A DNA stretch of 64,000 nucleotides from Patescibacteria group bacterium (lineage in GTDB: Bacteria; Patescibacteriota; Microgenomatia; UBA8517). Shown here one piece after another: positions 58,099-64,000 of the stretch (position 1 is the stretch's first letter; each line of letters opens with the position of its first letter). The stretch lies in the NCBI GenBank assembly GCA_026416845.1, contig JAOAEL010000002.1, positions 111,422 through 175,421 on the forward strand, read 5' to 3'. Under the pieces are notes generated by a model that did no database searches, was not told where the DNA came from, and worked only from the letters and a program-made list of their open reading frames with translations. The position numbers and the translations under genes are program-made.

Positions 58099-59760
58099 AT
58101 GTCAATAGAAACAAAAAATGTACTTTTCCCTTTGCGAACTGCTGACTATGCGAATTACCTTGCGACGCAAGAGAAACCACAACCAATTGAACTCTCTGAG
58201 GAAGAACGCAAACAAATCATTGCATACGAGGCCAAGCTTTACGAAGAGCTCTCCCCAACACTCAAAAAAATGGTTGGCATACACACAATATTTCCTGAAT
58301 ATTTAACTACCAATGAGGGCTGGCAAATGGCACAAAGCATATACTCAGCAAAAAATCCTGAAATTGTCAACATGCCAAAACCACAAAGCCTGGAAGAAGC
58401 AATAAATATTTTCAATAAATTGCGTATTTACAGTATAGACAAAGAATTAAGATCAGAAATCGAAGCAAAATCTCTAAGATACGCACGAGAAAAATTTATA
58501 GCAGGAATAGATAAGAATACAAATCCTGATGATTTAGAAGATCCAATTACTGCATCAAGGGTTTACAATCCCAAAACACTAATTCAAAAAACGCAAGAGC
58601 TAAGAGAATTCAAAAGAAAGTTAAAAGCAAGACGCGAAGGAAACACTCATAACAAAACTCAAACCAATTTGGAAATAGCAAAAGAAATAATTGACAGAAT
58701 ATATCAAAGATACATTAACGTCAGGTTGGCGGTGCTATATGAGGATGCTTTTGTGGCTTTAAACGATCCAGCAATTTCAGAAGAAGACAAAGAGAAAATA
58801 CGCAAACTATTCCCAGGACATAACACCAATGACAAAGACAGAAGAATTCAAACTCTTGGAAGAATTGAAAAATTTTACCAAGGAGCTGACAGAAAAGAAG
58901 GATCTTCCTACTTCCCAACAATATCCGAATCTATCGCATCAGCTATTGAGCAAAAAATGAGAATTGAAAATCAAGAAGGAAATGAATTATACCAAGAACA
59001 CCAAAAAATAAAAATTGACGCCAATAAATACCAAGAAATTGCAAACGCTGTCTTAGACCGCATGGGAGCAACTCAAGCTGGTTGGAAAACTAAAATACGT
59101 GAAAAACCTGGTGTGGCTACAGATCCCAAAGAAAAAATATACTACATACCAAAAGATTATAGTAGAAGTTTGCCCGCAACTATACAAAGTATTGCGCACG
59201 AAGCAGAAGGCCATATCTTGCGTGATTTAAACAAATCTAAACTCCCACTTAAATTACTAAAATATGGAAACACAGGACGGATTCAACAAACCGCAGAAGC
59301 CGCCGCTGTTTTTGTTGAGGAAGAAACAATACGGCGGGTATATGGACGAGAGAGACAAATGACAGGAACTTACTATATAATTATGAGAGAACGGGAAAAA
59401 GGAGGAAGCTTTAAGCATTGTGTTATAGCACTTGTAAGAAAAGGTAAAGATCCCAAAACAGCATTTACTAGTACTTTAAGAATCTTCAATAATGGCAGAA
59501 TCCCTCTTAATGATCCATCGCACCACATAGTAAATACAGAAGAACTTGCTTACCATGAACCAGTGGCAGAAAGGCTGGCAAAACTTGGTCTTAGTAAACT
59601 TCTTTTTGTCTCAGCAGTTGATATTTATACATACCAAGACTTGGTTAGAATTGGGATGTTACAACTTGATAAAATTCAAGAACCTCAATTTATAACAGCT
59701 GAAGTTGCGCTTGAAGTTTTAAGCAGATATTCTTCAGAATCAGAAAAGACAGTTAACTGA
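58099..59760 (+). CDS. HExxH zinc metallopeptidase-like protein (candidate DUF1704/MATCAP-type carboxypeptidase)
   Basis: 553 aa; single HExxH (IAHEAEGHILR) in C-terminal half; divergent from sigma gene; adjacent to three RimK-like ligases, the genomic context reported for DUF1704. Confidence 0.5.
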   Translation: MSIETKNVLFPLRTADYANYLATQEKPQPIELSEEERKQIIAYEAKLYEELSPTLKKMVGIHTIFPEYLTTNEGWQMAQSIYSAKNPEIVNMPKPQSLEEAINIFNKLRIYSIDKELRSEIEAKSLRYAREKFIAGIDKNTNPDDLEDPITASRVYNPKTLIQKTQELREFKRKLKARREGNTHNKTQTNLEIAKEIIDRIYQRYINVRLAVLYEDAFVALNDPAISEEDKEKIRKLFPGHNTNDKDRRIQTLGRIEKFYQGADRKEGSSYFPTISESIASAIEQKMRIENQEGNELYQEHQKIKIDANKYQEIANAVLDRMGATQAGWKTKIREKPGVATDPKEKIYYIPKDYSRSLPATIQSIAHEAEGHILRDLNKSKLPLKLLKYGNTGRIQQTAEAAAVFVEEETIRRVYGRERQMTGTYYIIMREREKGGSFKHCVIALVRKGKDPKTAFTSTLRIFNNGRIPLNDPSHHIVNTEELAYHEPVAERLAKLGLSKLLFVSAVDIYTYQDLVRIGMLQLDKIQEPQFITAEVALEVLSRYSSESEKTVN

Positions 59761-59775
59761 ATAATTCATTCAAAC

Positions 59776-60441
59776 TTATTCACTTTCTTCAGGTTCCCTG
59801 CCAGTCATTACAAGCCAAACCACCTCAACTAACTTAGGATCTATAAAAGGAGTTTGGTCATCCGGTCTTGGAACCCCTGCATCCTTAAAAAGTTCATCCA
59901 AATCTTGCAAAGCCGTTTGTAAATCTTCTTCTCTTTCACCAAACAATCTTTCAATTTCTAGTCTTGCACTTTTCCATAAGCTTTGGTTTAACCTATCAAC
60001 AAAAATACCAATCTCTTCATCAGTTTCCCCAAGCGCAATACCAAGAAGAATGACTACCAACTTCCTCAAACCTTCTGAGCGGAGATTGCCATCTTTTTCT
60101 TGAGATCTTGACTCACTGAACTCCAAATTTTTTACAAAATCTTCGATTTTCCTAAATCTTTCTTCGCTCAACACTCTTTCTCCCTCTAGCCACTGTAAAT
60201 CACTTATAATTTTATCATAAACGTCGCCAGCGTCCCCGTCGTCAACGTTATCAATAGAAACTAGTGCTCCAGAAAGCTCTAGAGCGCGTCTCATTACTTC
60301 TCTTTGGTCATCACTAAACATCAAAACAACAGGTTCATTTACAATATCTTCTAATGAAGCAAACTTACAATCAAGCTCTTTTAATCCTGGAACTTTTTCC
60401 GTTAAAGGGACCTGACCAGGCTGTTGTTCATAATTTGGCAT
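59776..60441 (-). CDS. acidic hypothetical protein ending in …TGREPEESE
   Basis: 221 aa, strongly acidic, no TM; C-terminus Glu-rich like the RimK substrate S6. Confidence 0.5.
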   Translation of the reverse strand: MPNYEQQPGQVPLTEKVPGLKELDCKFASLEDIVNEPVVLMFSDDQREVMRRALELSGALVSIDNVDDGDAGDVYDKIISDLQWLEGERVLSEERFRKIEDFVKNLEFSESRSQEKDGNLRSEGLRKLVVILLGIALGETDEEIGIFVDRLNQSLWKSARLEIERLFGEREEDLQTALQDLDELFKDAGVPRPDDQTPFIDPKLVEVVWLVMTGREPEESE

Positions 60442-60446
60442 AAATA

Positions 60447-60494
60447 TTAACGATATTATACAACATTAAACGATATTATACAACATTACTTGTA
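60447..60494 (-). promoter_or_regulatory. tandem 20-bp direct repeats each carrying an extended -10 (TGTTGTATAAT) plus an inverted third copy; candidate promoter/operator for the acidic-protein gene
   Basis: aacgatattatacaacatta x2 (60447-60486) followed by cttgtataatacaa; reverse complement reads TGTTGTATAATATCG twice, 5-45 bp upstream of the 60441 start. Confidence 0.4.
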
Positions 60495-61384
60495 TAATAC
60501 AATTTCTCAAAATACTCCACAATCGCTTTTGCCACATTAATTCCAGTTGACTCAATTCCTTCAATTTGCGGACCGGGGTTTACTTCCAAAACATAAGGCT
60601 CGCCTGTTTTTGCATGAACCATCACATCAACTCCTGCTATTTCAGTTTGCATAATTTTAGCCGCCAGTTCAGCTACCTCTTGAACCTTTTTGTTTTTGGA
60701 AAGATCAAATCTTGCCACACTGCCCCCTTGGCTTACATTGCTTCTGAAATCGCCTTTCTTGGGAGTGCGTTTGATTGCTCCAACTGCCTTGTACCCAACG
60801 CAAAACACGCGAATGTCTCCATCATTTGGTATAAATTCTCTGACAACACAAGATTTGACATTTTCTGTCAACAAGGAAACCATTTTTTCAAGCTCTATTT
60901 CATCTTTGACAAGATACACATCCTCTCCTCGATGTCCTTGGCTTGCTTTGACTATAAGTGGGAAGGTAAATTGTTTTTTTATACTCTCAACCGATCTATC
61001 AGAGAATAAAATCGCACTTTTCGGATAATTTATTTTTGCTTCTGTTTGTTTCAAATAATCAATCGCTGGAGTTTGGTAATAATTGTACGCAGGATCAATG
61101 GATTTTTTATTCACTATTATGGTTTTATAGTTTTTGTGAAGATACAAAGCCGCTGTAAACCACTCCCATAGTCTACTGCCAACAATCATATATATAAGAT
61201 CATATTCTTCAAGCTTTTTGCCACTTGAAAGCATTGGCTTGAAATTATTTTTGTCCGCCAAAATTACAAGTTCAGATGCCAAACATCCATCAACACTATG
61301 ACCCTTTTTTTCTGCTTCTTCCTTTATACGAAGGAATTGAGGCTTTTTGGTAAGACCAGCTATTAGTATTTTCATTTTTTTCAC
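60476..61384 (-). CDS. RimK-like ATP-grasp ligase (alpha-L-glutamate ligase family) paralog 1
   Basis: 302 aa; ATP-grasp core …FPLIVKASQGHRGEDVYLV…REFIPNDGDIRVFCVGYKAVGAIKRTPKKGDFRSNVSQGG…GVDVMVHAKTGEPYVLEVNPGPQIEGIE. Confidence 0.8.
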   Translation of the reverse strand: MKKMKILIAGLTKKPQFLRIKEEAEKKGHSVDGCLASELVILADKNNFKPMLSSGKKLEEYDLIYMIVGSRLWEWFTAALYLHKNYKTIIVNKKSIDPAYNYYQTPAIDYLKQTEAKINYPKSAILFSDRSVESIKKQFTFPLIVKASQGHRGEDVYLVKDEIELEKMVSLLTENVKSCVVREFIPNDGDIRVFCVGYKAVGAIKRTPKKGDFRSNVSQGGSVARFDLSKNKKVQEVAELAAKIMQTEIAGVDVMVHAKTGEPYVLEVNPGPQIEGIESTGINVAKAIVEYFEKLYYTSNVV

Positions 61385-61389
61385 AAAAT

Positions 61390-62310
61390 CTATCTTGCGT
61401 TTGCTATTGCATATTGCAAATATTCCTTTGTTATATTTTCGCCAGTCGCCTCCTCCATACCAAGCATGCCGGGCGTATGATTGGCTTCAAGCACATACCT
61501 TCTGCCATCTTGTGTGATTAAAATATCTACCCCCCCAATTGTCAGTCCTACAGCGTCAAGGGCTTTTCTTGCGAGATCAATATCTTTTTGATCTGGAGCA
61601 AACAATTCAACTGAACCACCAAGCGAAAAGTTTGCTCTGAAATCACCTTCTTTGGGAATTCGTTTCATACAATAAACTTTTTCTCCAATCACTAAAATTC
61701 TAAGATCATGAATATAAGGAATAAATTCCTGAATCACAAATCGCTCTGCTTCCTTTTTTAATTTAAATTCCTTTTCATTCGGATCAAGACCCAAACTATC
61801 AATTAAACTTTCTCTTTCTTTTATAAACAAGTCAAGCTCTTCCTTGCTAGCTACTTTGTAAATCCCTTTACCCCTTCCTGTTTTAGTTAGCTTGATAATT
61901 GCAGGATAGCCAACATTATTCACAACTTCTTCATACATGCTAAAATAGGACACATGGTAAGTCTTGGGCATTGGTATGTTGTAAGTTGCCAACTTTATAA
62001 AATCGGTTAATTTATTAATAGAATATTTGTGATTAAGAAGATTATTGTCAAAAACTTTTACTCCCTTTGTTTTGTAATAAGAAACCAAAGCGGTAATTGC
62101 GTGAAGTAATTTGAAAATCGCACGAGTGATAATTATATCTCCCTTTCTAGGCTCGTAACCTTCAACCTTTATTTCGCCATTTACTATCGAATAATTAAAA
62201 TCTTTGAGGCTAAGCAAACAAAAATCATAACCTAAAGCCTGCGCCTCTTGCGCAATTCTTCCTTGCTCTCCCATCTCAGGGCTTGTGGTGATAACAACTA
62301 TTCTTGCCAC
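61390..62310 (-). CDS. RimK-like ATP-grasp ligase paralog 2
   Basis: 306 aa; …YPAIIKLTKTGRGKGIYKV…QEFIPYIHDLRILVIGEKVYCMKRIPKEGDFRANFSLGG…GVDILITQDGRRYVLEANHTPGMLGME. Confidence 0.8.
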   Translation of the reverse strand: MARIVVITTSPEMGEQGRIAQEAQALGYDFCLLSLKDFNYSIVNGEIKVEGYEPRKGDIIITRAIFKLLHAITALVSYYKTKGVKVFDNNLLNHKYSINKLTDFIKLATYNIPMPKTYHVSYFSMYEEVVNNVGYPAIIKLTKTGRGKGIYKVASKEELDLFIKERESLIDSLGLDPNEKEFKLKKEAERFVIQEFIPYIHDLRILVIGEKVYCMKRIPKEGDFRANFSLGGSVELFAPDQKDIDLARKALDAVGLTIGGVDILITQDGRRYVLEANHTPGMLGMEEATGENITKEYLQYAIANAR

Positions 62311-62332
62311 AACAACGATTTTATCACAAATC

Positions 62333-63649
62333 TTATTCTTTTTTCTTATCTACATCTATCCGTGGTTTCACCAGAAAACCAGCCAAATCTTTTCTGCCAA
62401 TAATCACTTTCCTTTTAAGATTTTTGCGATCTGTAACACCAGCCATCGTGGTAATTTTTTTGCCTTTTAGCCAATATGTAAAAACAATTATAGGTCGATC
62501 TTCCTGCACTCCAAGAGCGCTTTGAACAGTTCTTTTTTTGATAATATTTTCAGGTCTGATTAAATTTAATTCTTTCGCAAGCTTAACATCTATAGAAGTT
62601 CTCCACGCGCCAGTGTCAATTTTTGCCAAGACTTTCACTTTCTTCCGCTTTGACGATTTAATGGCAATCTCTTCCAAAGCTGATATGACTTCCTTATCCT
62701 TTTTCAAAACTTTTTCTGAGAAGTATTCTGAAAAAAGCGCTTTTGCTATATTTACCCCATGTTCAGCATTTCTCACTTTTAATTCATCAACTCTATCAAG
62801 CCTGCGTTTCAGCCCCGCTTGATTGGCAAGCTGTATTGCCAAGCCAGGCATGCTATTTAATTCAAGCACCATTGGTCCTTTTTCGGGATGAATCACAATA
62901 TCCGCTCCTAAATATCCAAGTTTGCTTACTTCTTGGCATTTGACTGCTATATCCAAAATTTTGTCCCAGTAAGGAATTTTAATTCCATGAAGCTTCCTTT
63001 TAGTGCCTGGTTTAAACTTAATAGGTTGACCATACATCACAGCTTTTGTGGTAATTCCAGTTGCTATATCAATACCCACCCCTATTGCTCCCTGATGAAG
63101 ATTAGCGCGCCCACCTGAATCTTTAGTGGGAAGCCTAAGCATTGCCATAACAGGCACTTTGTTAAAAACAATTATTCTAATATCCGGTGTCCCACGATAA
63201 GCATACTTGCGAAACGCTTTGTCCCGACCAACATATTCTTGAATAAAAGCAACATCAGGAATATTCCCGTAAGAAAAAGCTCCTTCAAGAATATCCATTA
63301 CATGAAGCTGAAAATCAGAAACAATCATCCTTTTCCTCTGTGTTGTCACCCAATATACACTACCATCTTTAGTTTTCACCTTTTTTTTGATAACGATAAT
63401 GCCCTCACCTCCAAAACCTTTTGAAGGCTTTATAGCAAAAGCCCCTGGTATACTTTCCCAATCAAAAGAAAATACATCGGAGGGAGATTTAAACTTGGCA
63501 TAAATTGTTGGAGTCGGTATTTCAGCTTTTTTTAGAACTTTAGCAGTCAAAAGTTTTGACGCTGCAATACGTTTACCCTTTTTTGTGTTGTAGGGATAAG
63601 AATAAAGCTTGGTGCGAGCATTAAGTCCTAAAATAGAAGATAGTTTCAT
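62333..63649 (-). CDS. RimK-related ATP-grasp ligase fused to C-terminal retropepsin-like (DTGA) protease domain
   Basis: 438 aa; N-terminal ~300 aa ATP-grasp (…IKPSKGFGGEGIIVI…FIQEYVGRDKAFRKYAYRG…DIRIIVFNKVPVMAMLRL…GGRANLHQGA…GADIVIHPEKGPMVLELNSMPG); C-terminal ~120 aa with VLAKIDTGAWRTSID aspartyl-protease signature (the so-called ATP-dependent zinc protease domain that accompanies RimK). Confidence 0.75.
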   Translation of the reverse strand: MKLSSILGLNARTKLYSYPYNTKKGKRIAASKLLTAKVLKKAEIPTPTIYAKFKSPSDVFSFDWESIPGAFAIKPSKGFGGEGIIVIKKKVKTKDGSVYWVTTQRKRMIVSDFQLHVMDILEGAFSYGNIPDVAFIQEYVGRDKAFRKYAYRGTPDIRIIVFNKVPVMAMLRLPTKDSGGRANLHQGAIGVGIDIATGITTKAVMYGQPIKFKPGTKRKLHGIKIPYWDKILDIAVKCQEVSKLGYLGADIVIHPEKGPMVLELNSMPGLAIQLANQAGLKRRLDRVDELKVRNAEHGVNIAKALFSEYFSEKVLKKDKEVISALEEIAIKSSKRKKVKVLAKIDTGAWRTSIDVKLAKELNLIRPENIIKKRTVQSALGVQEDRPIIVFTYWLKGKKITTMAGVTDRKNLKRKVIIGRKDLAGFLVKPRIDVDKKKE

Positions 63650-63655
63650 TTTACT

Positions 63656-64000
63656 TTAACTTTTTATTAATTTTCTAAACCTCCAAAGTTCAAGTAATCT
63701 AAGACCAACATACTGCCCAAGCAAAATGTTCGCGACAAATACACCAATCATCAGCACCTCCGGGTTCAAAAGTGCAAAAACTTGAATTGGTTCAAGAGTT
63801 AAAAACAAATATGAAACAAGAGCAAGCAAAAGAGTTTCTGTTGTTATTCCAACAGCGTAACGAGCGCTTTTGCCAAGCTGAGCTTTTGTAAAATCTTCAG
63901 CCAATAAAACTAATATAAGAATAGGGAAAATAGATACATTTGCAATGGCAGAAACAGAAAAATACGGGGCAAAAAACAAAAGACACAAAACGCCAAGCAC
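63656..64000 (-). CDS. C-terminal multi-TM fragment of an upstream-starting gene (candidate 7TM partner of the RimK/protease system)
   Basis: 114 aa open to window edge, 3-4 hydrophobic helices; 6 bp upstream of the ATP-grasp-protease fusion, consistent with co-transcription. Confidence 0.4.
   Translation of the reverse strand: MLGVLCLLFFAPYFSVSAIANVSIFPILILVLLAEDFTKAQLGKSARYAVGITTETLLLALVSYLFLTLEPIQVFALLNPEVLMIGVFVANILLGQYVGLRLLELWRFRKLIKS

Noticed and set aside
1-64000. Possibility that TGA is a sense codon (genetic code 25, as in some CPR lineages)
   Set aside because: Long conserved proteins (TopA, DnaX, RND pump, ProRS) are intact under the standard code, and genes terminate with TAA/TAG/TGA; no systematic fragmentation at TGA.

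Overview
The window is a low-GC, gene-dense bacterial segment with small housekeeping proteins. Its gene content resembles a Candidate Phyla Radiation (Patescibacteria)-like genome; that assignment is an impression from the sequence, not a database result. It uses the standard genetic code: long housekeeping ORFs are intact, and TAA, TAG and TGA all act as stops.

Positions 1-29 kb are an almost uninterrupted minus-strand run of core genes: cysS, recR, ybaB, dnaX, ybeY, proS, rseP, frr, tsf, rpsB, folD, glyA, tdk, topA, dprA, a PBP2-type transpeptidase and mreB. Downstream on the plus strand are an O-antigen-ligase/TPR membrane protein, def, fmt, rpmB (minus) and an M50 protease.

Positions 29-36 kb carry surface and envelope genes (a TSP3-repeat calcium-binding secreted protein, a 578-aa polytopic membrane protein, CapA, a Thr/Pro-rich anchored protein) and a tRNA cluster: Tyr and Thr(TGT) on the minus strand, then Thr(GGT), an unannotated rpmG and tRNA-Trp on the plus strand.

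The usually conserved string rpmG-tRNA-Trp-secE-nusG-rplK-rplA-rplJ-rplL-(rpoB) is present but interrupted four times:
- About 15 kb lies between tRNA-Trp and secE. It contains an orphan 772-aa protein, a GT-B glycosyltransferase, very AT-rich membrane-anchored proteins, rpsU, an RND efflux pair, rnhB and sppA.
- A probably frameshifted CYTH-like gene sits between nusG and rplK.
- An antisense 352-aa acidic protein sits between rplA and rplJ.
- After rplL there is a bidirectional terminator and then, instead of rpoB, the most interesting locus in the window.

That locus (57.2-64.0 kb) encodes an ECF-type sigma factor divergent from a DUF1704/MATCAP-like HExxH metallopeptidase. Next to these are an acidic 221-aa protein ending in ...PEESE, three tandem RimK-like ATP-grasp ligases (one fused to a retropepsin-like DTGA protease domain), and the 7TM C-terminus of a further gene running off the window. 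This is best read as a peptide/protein C-terminal glutamylation-deglutamylation module, not previously characterised in this kind of genome.

No CRISPR array, phage or transposase genes were seen.
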